Shown piece after piece: positions 49,938-58,837 of a stretch of DNA of 64,000 nucleotides (the first letter of the stretch is position 1; the number at the start of each line of letters is the position of its first letter). The stretch is from Dehalococcoidia bacterium (GTDB taxonomy: Bacteria > Chloroflexota > Dehalococcoidia > Lucifugimonadales > UBA1127), in assembly GCA_965116355.1 (NCBI GenBank), contig OZ220679.1:2273034-2337033 (forward strand), given 5' to 3'. The position numbers were made by a program, and so were the translations under genes. Under the pieces are notes generated by a model. That model was not told the origin of the DNA. It searched no databases and saw only the letters and a list, made by a program, of their open reading frames with translations.

Positions 49938-50462
49938 CTAGCGCTCGTACCAGCCAGAGCCGAAGATCAGGCCGTCGTGGAGCACCGCCCACGTGTGCTT
50001 GATCGCCTCGTCGCCGGTCTCCGGGTTCAGCAACGTGTAGTTGACCCAGCTGCCCTCCTCGGTCGTGGCCAGCAATGGTTCGCCGTAGTAGTAGCCGGTG
50101 GAGTCGACGCGCTCCTCCGGGTCGCGGTTGATGAAGTTGGGGTTGTGGTGGCCGATGGTGCGCCCCTCCTCGTTGATGATGAAGACGTACCACTCGCCGT
50201 CCACGTTGGCGGGGTCGCTGTAGTGCTCGATGGCGGCCTCGCGCCCCTCACGCTCGTAGAGCTGGATTGCCTCGTCGACGAGGGCCTTGGTGTAGAGACC
50301 GGGCACGTTCTTGGAGGGCAACGGCGAGGCGGGCTCCCTCGCGAGGGCCAGGGCGGCGACCACCAATGCGGCAACGGCAACCACGAGCGCCGCAGTTGCC
50401 AAACCGACTGAAGCCCGATTCGTCATCTGCATCCTCCAAGGCGCCTTGTCTCGGCGCGACAT
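49938..50462 (-). CDS. Membrane-anchored extracytoplasmic single-Cache (sCache_2-like) domain protein
   Basis: It has an N-terminal TM anchor. Then come ...AIQLYEREGREAAIEHYSDP....GEWYVFIINEEGRTIGHH... and ...GSWVNYTLLNPETG....K..W......GLIFGSGWY, matching the Cache/PDC pattern. No output domain is present. Confidence 0.6.
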   Translation of the reverse strand: MSRRDKAPWRMQMTNRASVGLATAALVVAVAALVVAALALAREPASPLPSKNVPGLYTKALVDEAIQLYEREGREAAIEHYSDPANVDGEWYVFIINEEGRTIGHHNPNFINRDPEERVDSTGYYYGEPLLATTEEGSWVNYTLLNPETGDEAIKHTWAVLHDGLIFGSGWYER

Positions 50463-50675
50463 GTGCCCGCCGCGTTCTTACGGGAGCTGCGGGGGTGTGC
50501 GTCCAGCAGAACGCTCACACTAGTATTGTAGCCCATCACACTAGTGACACGTGTCAGCCCCCTCGCGGGTTATCGGCACTTCCGGTCGCACAGGCAGAGT
50601 CCGGCTGACGACATTCGAATGGCGAGGGGCTACACTGGGCCAACCGCAATACGGCAAGAGGGAGCAGCCACGGGG

Positions 50676-51752
50676 ATGGAACTGCGCGAGACCATCGCGG
50701 GGATCAGGCCGGCGGACGCCGAGGCGATGCGCGCCGCGATAGCGCGGCAGTCGACGCTGACCAAGCCGCCGGGGAGCCTCGGGCGGCTGGAGGAGCTGTC
50801 GGTGCGGCTCGCGGGAATGCAGGGGGCGGAGCGTCCGGCTATCCGAGGGAAGACGATCATCGTGGCGGCGGGCGACCACGGCGTGGTGGCGCAGGGCGTG
50901 ACAGCGTACCCGCAGGAGGTCACGGCGCAGATGGCGCTGAACTTCCTTTCGGGCGGCGCGGCCATCAGCGTGCTGGCGCGGCAGGCGGGGATCGATCTGG
51001 TCATCGTAGACGCGGGCATCGCGACGGCGCTGCCGGAACACCCGGCGTTGCGCGTGCTCGGTATTGGACGAGGCACGGCGGACATGACGGCGGGGCCGGC
51101 GATGACGAGGGCGCAGGCAGAGGCGTGCGTCTCGGCAGGAGTGGACCTCGCGCTGGAGGCGACGGGACGCGGGGCGGACGCCATCGGCACAGGGGACATG
51201 GGCATCGGGAACACGACGGCATCGAGCGCGATCGTCTCAGCGCTGACGGGGCGGCCGGCGAGGGAGACGACGGGGCGCGGCACGGGGCGGAGCGACGCGG
51301 AGCTCGCGGCGAAGGCTGCGGTCGTCGAGCGGGCGCTGGCGGTCAACCGGCCGGACGCGGGCGACCCGCTGGACGTGCTGGCGAAGGTGGGCGGCTTCGA
51401 AATCGGCGTGCTGGCGGGCGTCGTGCTGGGCGGGGCGTACGCGCGGCGGGCGGTGGTCATCGACGGGTTCATCTCGGGGGCGGCGGCGCTGGTCGCGCAC
51501 CGGCTGTGCCCGGTGGTGTGCGACTACCTCATCGCGGGGCACCTCTCGGCGGAGGCAGGGCACCGCGTCGTGCTGGAGGCGTTGGGGCTGCGGCCGCTGC
51601 TGGAGCTTGACATGCGGCTGGGCGAGGGCACGGGCGCGGCGCTGGCGATGGGGGTGGTGGAAGCGGCGGCGGCGACGCTCTCTGACATGGCAACCTTCAC
51701 GGAGGCGGGCGTGTCGGACCGGCCCGACGAGGGGAAAGGCGGCGCGGACTGA
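50676..51752 (+). CDS. cobT: Nicotinate-nucleotide--dimethylbenzimidazole phosphoribosyltransferase
   Basis: ...TKPPGSLGRLEELSVRLAG..., ...AGDHGV..., ...GDMGIGNTT... and ...LGEGTGAA... are canonical CobT. Confidence 0.9.
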   Translation: MELRETIAGIRPADAEAMRAAIARQSTLTKPPGSLGRLEELSVRLAGMQGAERPAIRGKTIIVAAGDHGVVAQGVTAYPQEVTAQMALNFLSGGAAISVLARQAGIDLVIVDAGIATALPEHPALRVLGIGRGTADMTAGPAMTRAQAEACVSAGVDLALEATGRGADAIGTGDMGIGNTTASSAIVSALTGRPARETTGRGTGRSDAELAAKAAVVERALAVNRPDAGDPLDVLAKVGGFEIGVLAGVVLGGAYARRAVVIDGFISGAAALVAHRLCPVVCDYLIAGHLSAEAGHRVVLEALGLRPLLELDMRLGEGTGAALAMGVVEAAAATLSDMATFTEAGVSDRPDEGKGGAD

Positions 51753-52513
51753 TGGGACTGGTGCAGGCGTTTGGGTTTCTGACGATCTTGCCCGTCGGCG
51801 GTGGACAGCAGACGAGCATGGGCCCGGCGCGGGCGTGGTTCCCGCTGGTGGGGCTGGCGCTGGGCGGCGCGCTGGCGGGGCTCGACTGGCTGATGGACAC
51901 GGCGGTGCCGCCGCTGGCGGTGGCGGCGATCCTGCTGGCGGCGCTGCTGGTTCTGACGCGGGGGTTGCACGTCGACGGGTTCATGGACGCGTGCGACGGC
52001 CTCTTCGGCGGGCACTCGCGGGAGGACCGCTTGCGCATCATGCGGGACTCGCACGTGGGGGCGTTCGCCGTCGCCGGGGGGCTCACGGTACTGCTGCTGA
52101 AGTGGTCGCTGATCGTGAGCGTGCCGCTGGAACTGCGGTGGGAGCTGCTGCTGCTGTTCCCGTGCCTCTCGCGGCTGGGGATGCTGGCGACGATGGCGGC
52201 GTTCCCGTACGCGCGGGCCGAGGGGATGGGGTCGGCGTTCATGGAAGGCCGAGGGTGGTGGCAGGTCCTCATCGGGCTGGCGACGGGGCTCGGCGCGGCG
52301 TGGCTGCTGCTCGGCGGCGGGGGACTGGCGCTCGTAGGGGGCGTGTTTCTCGTCGCGCTCGCTCTGGGGTGGTGGACGTCGCGCATGCTGGGCGGCATGA
52401 CGGGGGACACGTACGGGGCGGTGAACGAGGTGGGGGAGGCGGCGGCGCTGCTGCTGGGCGTGCTGCTGGTGTACTACTGGCCGACGCTGTTCTTCGCGCC
52501 ATACTGGGGCTAG
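51752..52513 (+). CDS. cobS: Adenosylcobinamide-GDP ribazoletransferase (cobalamin synthase)
   Basis: MGLVQAFGFLTILPV... and ...TRGLHVDGFMDACDGLF... The start overlaps the cobT stop. Confidence 0.9.
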   Translation: MGLVQAFGFLTILPVGGGQQTSMGPARAWFPLVGLALGGALAGLDWLMDTAVPPLAVAAILLAALLVLTRGLHVDGFMDACDGLFGGHSREDRLRIMRDSHVGAFAVAGGLTVLLLKWSLIVSVPLELRWELLLLFPCLSRLGMLATMAAFPYARAEGMGSAFMEGRGWWQVLIGLATGLGAAWLLLGGGGLALVGGVFLVALALGWWTSRMLGGMTGDTYGAVNEVGEAAALLLGVLLVYYWPTLFFAPYWG

Positions 52514-52544
52514 ACGGGAACCGGACCACTCGGAGGAGACGGAC

Positions 52545-53177
52545 TTGGGCACGTGGAGGCTGGTGCGGCACGGCGAGACGGTGTGGAACCTCCAGGGCCG
52601 TATCCAAGGACACCGGCACATCCCGCTGACAGAGCGCGGGCGCGAGCAGGCACGCCAGCTTGCCGAGCGGCTCGACGGAGAGGGCGGCCGGGTGGTGTAC
52701 AGCAGCGACCTGGGGCACTCGCTGGCGACGGCGCAGGAGGTGGCGTCGGCGAGCAGGGGCGAGATCATACCGGAGCCGCTGCTTCGCGAGTTCTCGTACG
52801 GCGAGTGGGAGGGTCTCACGATGGCGCAGGCCAGGGAGCGGGACCCGGACGTGTACGAAATCCGGATCATCGGCCGGAATACGGACTACGCCGCGCCGGG
52901 CGGGGAGACGACACTCGATCTGCTGGGGCGGGTGTGGAGTTTCGTGGAGGCGGCGAGGAAGCAGCACCCGTATGAGGACGTGACCGTGGTGGGGCACGGG
53001 GGATCGATACGGGCGGTGGCGGTGTGCCTGCTGGGGCTGGGGGCGGAGCACTTCTGGCGGCTGCGGCTCTCGCACGGGAGCCTGTCGGTGGTCACCGTCG
53101 AGCCGGAGGGGTGCGTGCTGGAGATTTGGAACGACACGGGGCACCTGGTGGACACGCAGTCGAGGACGATACCGTGA
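52545..53177 (+). CDS. cobC: Histidine phosphatase family protein, probable alpha-ribazole-5'-phosphate phosphatase
   Basis: RLVRHGETVWN carries the RHG motif, and ...VVGHGGSIR... is also present. It lies between cobS and cobU. Confidence 0.75.
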   Translation: MGTWRLVRHGETVWNLQGRIQGHRHIPLTERGREQARQLAERLDGEGGRVVYSSDLGHSLATAQEVASASRGEIIPEPLLREFSYGEWEGLTMAQARERDPDVYEIRIIGRNTDYAAPGGETTLDLLGRVWSFVEAARKQHPYEDVTVVGHGGSIRAVAVCLLGLGAEHFWRLRLSHGSLSVVTVEPEGCVLEIWNDTGHLVDTQSRTIP

Positions 53178-53710
53178 GCCGGTTGACGCTGGTGCTGGGC
53201 GGCGTTCGCGCGGGGAAGAGCGCATTCGCGCTGCGGTTGGCGTCGCAGGGCGAGCGGGTGCTGTTCGTCGCGACGGCGGAGGCGGGCGACGACGAGATGG
53301 CGGCGCGCATCGCGGCGCACAAGGCGAGCCGGCCGGCGGACTGGACGACGCTGGAGGCGCCGGTGGAAGTCTCGGGGGCGTTGGGGCCGATAGTGGACGA
53401 CTACGACACGGTGGTGCTCGACTGCCTGACGCTGTGGGTGAGCAACCTGTTGCTGCGGACGGAGGCGCCCTCGACGGGGGAGGCCATCGCGGCGCGGACG
53501 GAGGAACTGCTGGCGCTGCAGCAGCGGAGCGCGGCGTCGTGGGTGGTGGTGAGCAACGAGGTGGGGCTCGGCGTGATACCGCCGACGGAGCTGGGGAGGG
53601 CATACGAGGACGCGCTGGGGCGGGTGAACCAGATCTTCGCGGCGCAGGCGGACGCGGTGTACTTCATGGCGGCGGGGCTGCCGCTGCAACTCAAGGGCGA
53701 GGTCACGTAG
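53174..53710 (+). CDS. cobU: Bifunctional adenosylcobinamide kinase / adenosylcobinamide-phosphate guanylyltransferase
   Basis: The GTG start overlaps the cobC stop (GTGA). P-loop LVLGGVRAGKSAFA, plus ...ATAEAGDDEMAARIAAHKASRP..W.T.E.. and ...VVLDCLTLWVSN... Confidence 0.85.
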   Translation: MSRLTLVLGGVRAGKSAFALRLASQGERVLFVATAEAGDDEMAARIAAHKASRPADWTTLEAPVEVSGALGPIVDDYDTVVLDCLTLWVSNLLLRTEAPSTGEAIAARTEELLALQQRSAASWVVVSNEVGLGVIPPTELGRAYEDALGRVNQIFAAQADAVYFMAAGLPLQLKGEVT

Positions 53711-53713
53711 GGC

Positions 53714-53733
53714 GGGCGATTCGCGAATCGCCC
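53714..53733. terminator. Palindromic hairpin filling the cobU / PhnB-like convergent gap
   Basis: Perfect 20-nt palindrome GGGCGATTCG|CGAATCGCCC. It occupies almost all of the 23-nt gap between the two stop codons. There is no U-tract. Confidence 0.5.
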
Positions 53734-54195
53734 CTACACGTTGGCAGCACGGCGCAGGGTCTCGATGTCTATCTTCACCATTTCGAGCAGCGACTTCATT
53801 ACGGCTTCAGGACTCGCCTCGATAAGGTCGCCTAGGGCAGCGGGCTGGACTTGCCACGAGAGGCCGAAGCGGTCTCGCAACCAGCCGCACTGCTCCTCCA
53901 CACCCCCGCCTTCCAGAAGGCCGTACCAATAGTGGTCGATCTCCGCCTGGTCCTTGCATGCGATGGTGAAGGAGACGGCGTTGGTGTGCGGGAACATGGG
54001 GCCGCCGTCGAATGCGTTGAAGGCCATGCCGTCCAGCTCGAAGTCCACGATGGCGCCGCCCTCGGCTGGGCCGGAGGGGATGGGGACGAGGCTGGTGATG
54101 CGCGAGTTTGGGAAGAGGGAGACGTAGAGGGTGGCGGCCTCCTCAGCGCTGTTGTCGAACCAGAGGGACGGGGTTATGCGCTGGGTAATGGGCAT
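53734..54195 (-). CDS. VOC/PhnB-like protein (3-demethylubiquinone-9 3-methyltransferase-domain family)
   Basis: ATG 54195 follows AAGGAGG. MPITQRITPSLWFDNSAEEAATLYVSLFPNS... and ...DRFGLSWQV are typical of this family. Confidence 0.75.
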   Translation of the reverse strand: MPITQRITPSLWFDNSAEEAATLYVSLFPNSRITSLVPIPSGPAEGGAIVDFELDGMAFNAFDGGPMFPHTNAVSFTIACKDQAEIDHYWYGLLEGGGVEEQCGWLRDRFGLSWQVQPAALGDLIEASPEAVMKSLLEMVKIDIETLRRAANV

Positions 54196-54221
54196 ACATA
54201 GCCTCCTTGTTGCAGCGTGCG

Positions 54222-54551
54222 TCACTTGGCGGGCAGCGCGAGGGCCGTCGTTGCGCCAAAGTGGACCCACTCGGCGAGCGAGTCGTCGGCGGAAGTGGCC
54301 TCGGGGCCGACGAGGACCCAGCCGCGCATCGGGCGGCCGGAGTAGTCCATCTCGCGGACGTGGGGCAGTTCGAGAGTGGCGGCGTAGGCGTCCTTCGGCA
54401 CTCGCACGATAACGTCGTCGTTGAGGACGCAGCAGGCGAGGTTGCCCTGCACCATGAAGGCCATGCCGCCGAACATTGACTTGCGCTGGAGCGTGGGCTC
54501 GGGGCCGAGGACGGCCAGGACGCGGTCGGCGAGATCCTGGTTGTAGGACAT
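54222..54551 (-). CDS. TfoX N-terminal domain-containing protein
   Basis: MSYNQDLADRVLAVLG....QRKSMFGGMAFMVQGNLACCV.... matches the TfoX_N pattern. Track ORF 54222..54794 extends upstream implausibly. Confidence 0.7.
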   Translation of the reverse strand: MSYNQDLADRVLAVLGPEPTLQRKSMFGGMAFMVQGNLACCVLNDDVIVRVPKDAYAATLELPHVREMDYSGRPMRGWVLVGPEATSADDSLAEWVHFGATTALALPAK

Positions 54552-54588
54552 GGAGGTTACTCCCGCTCCCTGCTTGCGCTTGGGTTGG

Positions 54589-56274
54589 TTAGCTGGTGAC
54601 GGCGCCCTCGCTGGCGGTGCCGACGAGCTTGGCGTACTTGGCCATGACGCCGACCTCGTACGGGATGGGGCGGGGTTGCCAAGCTGCCCGGCGGCGGGCC
54701 ATTTCCTCGTCGGAGATCTCGACGCTGAGGTCGCGGCTCTCGACGTCGAGGTGGATGATGTCGCCTTCCTGGACGAGGGCGATGGGGCCGCCAACAGCGG
54801 CCTCGGGGGCGACGTGGCCGATCATGGGGCCGTGGGTTGCGCCGGAGAAGCGGCCGTCGGTGAGTAGGAGGACGTCGTTGCCGAGGCCGGCGCCCATGAT
54901 GGCGCCCGTCACGGCGAGCATTTCCTGCATGCCGGGGCCGCCGCGGGGGCCCTCGTAGCGGATGACGACGACGTCGCCGGCGTTGATCTCGCCGCGGGTG
55001 ACGGCCTCGAAGGTGGCGCGCTCGCCGTCGTAGACGCGTGCGGGGCCGCGGTGCTGCTGGTGCTTGGTGCCGGAGACCTTCATCACCGAACCCTCGGGCG
55101 AGAGGTTGCCGCGGAGAATGACGAGGCCGCCCGTGGGGGTGCGCGGCGCTGTGACCGGGTGGACGACCTCGCCGTCAGCGGCGGGGATGTCGAGGTCGTC
55201 GAGGTTTTCGGCGACGGTCTTGCCGGTGCACGTGAGAACGTTGGGGTGGAGCAGGCCGGCGTTCAGGAGCTCCCGCATGACGACGGGTACGCCGCCGACC
55301 TTGTCGAGGTCAGACATAACGTATTTGCCGGCGGGCCGGAGGTCGGTGAGGTAGGGAGTGACGCGGCTGAGGCGGTCGAAGTCGTCGATCTTGAGGTCGA
55401 CCTTGGCTTCGTGGGCGATGGCGAGGAGGTGGAGGACGGCATTGGTGGAGCCGCCCATGGCGAGGACGACCATGATGGCGTTCTCGAAGGCATCCTTCGT
55501 CATGATGTCGCGGGGCTTGATGCCGCGCTCCAGCATCGTGTAGACGGCGGCGGCGGCCTGGTGGGCGATACCCTCGTTCTTGGGGTCGACGGCGGGGACG
55601 GAGGCGGCGCCGGGGATGGACATGCCCATGGCCTCGATGGCGGAGGACATGGTGTTGGCGGTGAACATGCCGGCGCAGGCGCCCTCGCCGGGGCAGGCGA
55701 TGCGTTCCATGGCGAAGAGGGCCTCCTGCGAGAGGTTGCCCTTGGACCAGGAGCCGACGGCCTCAAACATGTCCTGAATGTTGATGTCCTTGCCGAGGTA
55801 GTTGCCGGGCAGGATGGCGCCGCCGTAGACGAAGATCGACGGAATGTTGAGGCGGGCCATGGCCATCAGGGAGCCGGGCATGTTCTTGTCGCAGGCGGCG
55901 ACGGCGATGAGTCCGTCCATGCTCTCGCCAAAGCAGACGGTCTCGATGGAGTCGGCGATGACCTCGCGGCTGACGAGGGAGGCCTTCATGCCCTCCGTGC
56001 CCATGGAGATGCCGTCTGAGACGGTGATGGTGCCGAAGAGGAAGGGGAAGCCGTTGGCTCGGCGGACGCCCTCTTTGCAGGCGTGGGCGACTCGGTCAAG
56101 GTGGACGTTGCAGGGGGTGACGTCGCTGGCGAGGTTGGCGACGGCGATGAACGCGCGGTCCATGTCGTCGTCGCTCATGCCGACGGCGCGGAGCATGGCG
56201 CGCGCGGGAGCGCGGTGTGCGCCGTCGGTGACAATTCGGCTCATGTGCTTGACGTCGTACTTGGTGGTGGTCAT
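54589..56274 (-). CDS. ilvD: Dihydroxy-acid dehydratase
   Basis: ATG 56274 follows GGAAGGAG. ...[15 protein letters not shown]..., ...CDKNMPG... and ...[10 protein letters not shown]... are canonical IlvD. Confidence 0.95.
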   Translation of the reverse strand: MTTTKYDVKHMSRIVTDGAHRAPARAMLRAVGMSDDDMDRAFIAVANLASDVTPCNVHLDRVAHACKEGVRRANGFPFLFGTITVSDGISMGTEGMKASLVSREVIADSIETVCFGESMDGLIAVAACDKNMPGSLMAMARLNIPSIFVYGGAILPGNYLGKDINIQDMFEAVGSWSKGNLSQEALFAMERIACPGEGACAGMFTANTMSSAIEAMGMSIPGAASVPAVDPKNEGIAHQAAAAVYTMLERGIKPRDIMTKDAFENAIMVVLAMGGSTNAVLHLLAIAHEAKVDLKIDDFDRLSRVTPYLTDLRPAGKYVMSDLDKVGGVPVVMRELLNAGLLHPNVLTCTGKTVAENLDDLDIPAADGEVVHPVTAPRTPTGGLVILRGNLSPEGSVMKVSGTKHQQHRGPARVYDGERATFEAVTRGEINAGDVVVIRYEGPRGGPGMQEMLAVTGAIMGAGLGNDVLLLTDGRFSGATHGPMIGHVAPEAAVGGPIALVQEGDIIHLDVESRDLSVEISDEEMARRRAAWQPRPIPYEVGVMAKYAKLVGTASEGAVTS

Positions 56275-56422
56275 GCGGGCACTCCTTCCGATGGTGCGCC
56301 GCCCAATAAAGCAGCGGCGGATTTCGTTGGAGAAAGTGTGCACCAAAGGGAAGGAGCTTCGCAAGGGCAGGCCCACCCCGCGCCTGTTGACCGGGTGGGC
56401 CTGCTACTCGATCCGGTGGGAG

Positions 56423-57241
56423 CTAGCTGGAGGCCTCGCCGGGCGGGTCCTCGACGAAGAAGACGGTGAGGGTGGTGTTCTTCAGCAGCGGGCCGATGGT
56501 GCCGTCGTTGAAGCCGATGAGCTGGATGGTGTGGTTGCCGGCCTGCAGGTCAAAGGACTTGGCGAAGGAGACGGGCACGTCCCACTGCCGCATGATGCGG
56601 CTCACCTGCACCTGCCGGGAGTCACCGGGGTCCTCGAGCTCCGTATTGAGAGCGAGGGTGAAGTCGTGGTTGCATTCCTGGCCGATGGCGCAGCTGAAGG
56701 ACGCCGTCGTGCTGACGATGGCGAAGACCTTGCCGGACCTCTCCAGCGAAATGGGGTTGGAGAGGATGCTAACCCAGTTGTTGCGGCTGACGGTCAGGTC
56801 GTAGTCGATGCCGCTGAGGTTGGCGGTGGGGGCAAGGATGGTGAGGTTGCCGTCCTCGCCGGGGAGGCCTGCCGGGCCCTGGATTCCCTGCATACCCTGG
56901 CGGCCCTGCGGGCCGGGGAGGCCGCGGGGGCCGGTCCCGCCCTGTGCGCCTTGCGCACCCTGCGGGCCGGTTTCGCCCTTGAGTCCGGGGGCGCCGGCCC
57001 TGCCGTCGTCTCCCTTGGGGCCCTGCGCGCCGGCGGGGCCGGGCGGGCCCTGCACCTCTGAGAGGCGGTCGGTCAGGGCCTGGTTGACCAGGACAAGGAG
57101 CTCATCGTTCGTGGGCGTGTCGCCGTCGCGGCCTGCGGGGCCCCGGGCGCCGGCTTCGCCCTGCTCGCCCTGCGGGCCAATGCAGGCGAGGAAGATGGCG
57201 AGGGTGAGCGTGATGGGTAGAAGCACCAGAAGCCTTGGCAT
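56423..57241 (-). CDS. Collagen-like (G-X-Y repeat) lipoprotein with globular beta-rich C-terminal domain
   Basis: It has the signal/lipobox ...LAIFLAC. G-X-Y block 1 spans aa 22-40 (6 triplets). A 23-aa helical interruption follows. G-X-Y block 2 spans aa 65-131 (22 uninterrupted triplets). The C-terminal domain is about 140 aa. Confidence 0.8.
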   Translation of the reverse strand: MPRLLVLLPITLTLAIFLACIGPQGEQGEAGARGPAGRDGDTPTNDELLVLVNQALTDRLSEVQGPPGPAGAQGPKGDDGRAGAPGLKGETGPQGAQGAQGGTGPRGLPGPQGRQGMQGIQGPAGLPGEDGNLTILAPTANLSGIDYDLTVSRNNWVSILSNPISLERSGKVFAIVSTTASFSCAIGQECNHDFTLALNTELEDPGDSRQVQVSRIMRQWDVPVSFAKSFDLQAGNHTIQLIGFNDGTIGPLLKNTTLTVFFVEDPPGEASS

Positions 57242-57486
57242 AGATCTACCTCCCGGGCGCGCTCGCCAAATGAGCGCGGCCCTAGCAACAGTGACGCACC
57301 ACCGGCGGTTGGGCCCGGCGATGCGGTTGCGCCCGCTAAAGCGGGCGTCGCCTTTCGGCTTGGAGTCATTGTAGCACGCCCGTCCAGACAGGCGCGACGG
57401 ACGGGACCCTGCGGGCTGTGTATTCCTCTTTACCTCTCCCGTATACTGTGTGAGTTATTCACCCGGGGGCATCCTGCAGTAAAGGT

Positions 57487-58833
57487 GTGCCATTGACGAC
57501 ATCCGACACCGAACATTCCCGTCCGACGCACTGGCAGGCTCGGCTGCCCTTCTTCTTCGGCTGGATCATCGTGGGCGTGGTGTTCCTGCGATCGTTCACG
57601 ACGGCGGGCGCAATCTGGTCGACGTCGGTGCTTTCGGTGCCGATGACGGAGGATCTGGGGTGGAGCCACTCGGCGATATTCCTCGGCATCACGCTGCGCA
57701 CCCTCGGGGCTGCCGTCGGCGGGTTCTTCCTCGGGCGGTTCCTCGACACGAGCAGAGGGGCGCCGATCCTGGCGGTGGGGAGCGCCTTCGTGTCGGGCTT
57801 CGGGCTGATGCTCGTGGCGGCGGTGCAGGAGGTGTGGCAGTTCTGGCTCATCTACGGCTTGCTGAGCGGAGTGCTGGGGGCCGGGCCCGGCGCGCTGCTG
57901 ATGGGGGCCATCGTTCCCAAGTGGTTCGTGAAGAAGCGGGGGCGGGCGACGGCGCTGGCCTCGATGGGGACGGGGCTGGCGGCGTTCCTCCTGCCCTTCA
58001 CGGTGGCGAACGTGGTGGAGGCGGTGGACTGGCGCACGACATTCCTGCTGCTGGGCGGGATGACGCTGGTCTTCGCGGTGCTGCCGGCGCTGCTCATCAA
58101 GACCAGGCCGGAAGACGTCGGGCTGCACACGGATGGAGACTCGGAGAGCGTGGCGGCAGCGGCGCGGGCGCGGGGCGCGGATAACAGCCTGACGGCGCGG
58201 GAGGCGTTTCGCACGATCACGCTGTGGCTGCTGGTGGCGGCGGCGTTCTTCGCGAGCTTCTCGCCGACGGCGTACCCGGCGAACCTGACGCCGACGTTCA
58301 GCGACAAGGGCTTCGACCTGACGACGGCCGGATTCGCTTTCAGCGCGTACGGGTTCACGAGCTTCTTCGGGCGGTTCTTCTGGGGATGGCTGGCGGACCG
58401 CGTGCACATCCGGAAGGCGCTGCTCATCATATGCGGGTGGAACGGACTGACCGTGCCGCTGCTGTTGCTCATGCCGGGCGACAGCGTGCTGGCCGCGGGG
58501 GCGATCGCCGGCTTCGGCATCGGCGGATGGGTCGGCCTGAACCAGGTGGTGTGGGCGACGTACTTCGGGCGGGCGAACCTGGGCGCCATCACGGGGCGGG
58601 TGCGGCCGCTCATCACGCTGTCGGGCGGGACGGGGCCGTTCCTGGTGGCCTTCATGGCCGACTTCTTCGGCGGCTTCGGCACGGGCATCGTCGTCATGGC
58701 CGCGAGCTGGTGGGCGTCGTCCTTCTTCCTCTTCATCGTGCGGCCCGTGCGCCGGATGCAGCCCACCGCGCCGGCACAGGCGCCGACGACAGCACGAGGG
58801 GCGACTGAAACAACCTCGAACCAGGGAGGGTAG
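57487..58833 (+). CDS. MFS transporter
   Basis: 12-TM MFS-like sequence (...GRFLD...; ...GWLADR...). The start codon is GTG. Confidence 0.85.
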   Translation: MPLTTSDTEHSRPTHWQARLPFFFGWIIVGVVFLRSFTTAGAIWSTSVLSVPMTEDLGWSHSAIFLGITLRTLGAAVGGFFLGRFLDTSRGAPILAVGSAFVSGFGLMLVAAVQEVWQFWLIYGLLSGVLGAGPGALLMGAIVPKWFVKKRGRATALASMGTGLAAFLLPFTVANVVEAVDWRTTFLLLGGMTLVFAVLPALLIKTRPEDVGLHTDGDSESVAAAARARGADNSLTAREAFRTITLWLLVAAAFFASFSPTAYPANLTPTFSDKGFDLTTAGFAFSAYGFTSFFGRFFWGWLADRVHIRKALLIICGWNGLTVPLLLLMPGDSVLAAGAIAGFGIGGWVGLNQVVWATYFGRANLGAITGRVRPLITLSGGTGPFLVAFMADFFGGFGTGIVVMAASWWASSFFLFIVRPVRRMQPTAPAQAPTTARGATETTSNQGG

Positions 58834-58837
58834 AGAC

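Noticed and set aside
50557-50675. An expected cobalamin riboswitch upstream of cobT, and likewise upstream of metE at 45261-45430.
   Set aside because: I could not find the conserved B12 box (approximately AGYCMGGAGACCKGCC), the GCCACUG element or the GGGAA...GGUG..A.UCC core by eye. This needs a covariance-model scan to be definitive.
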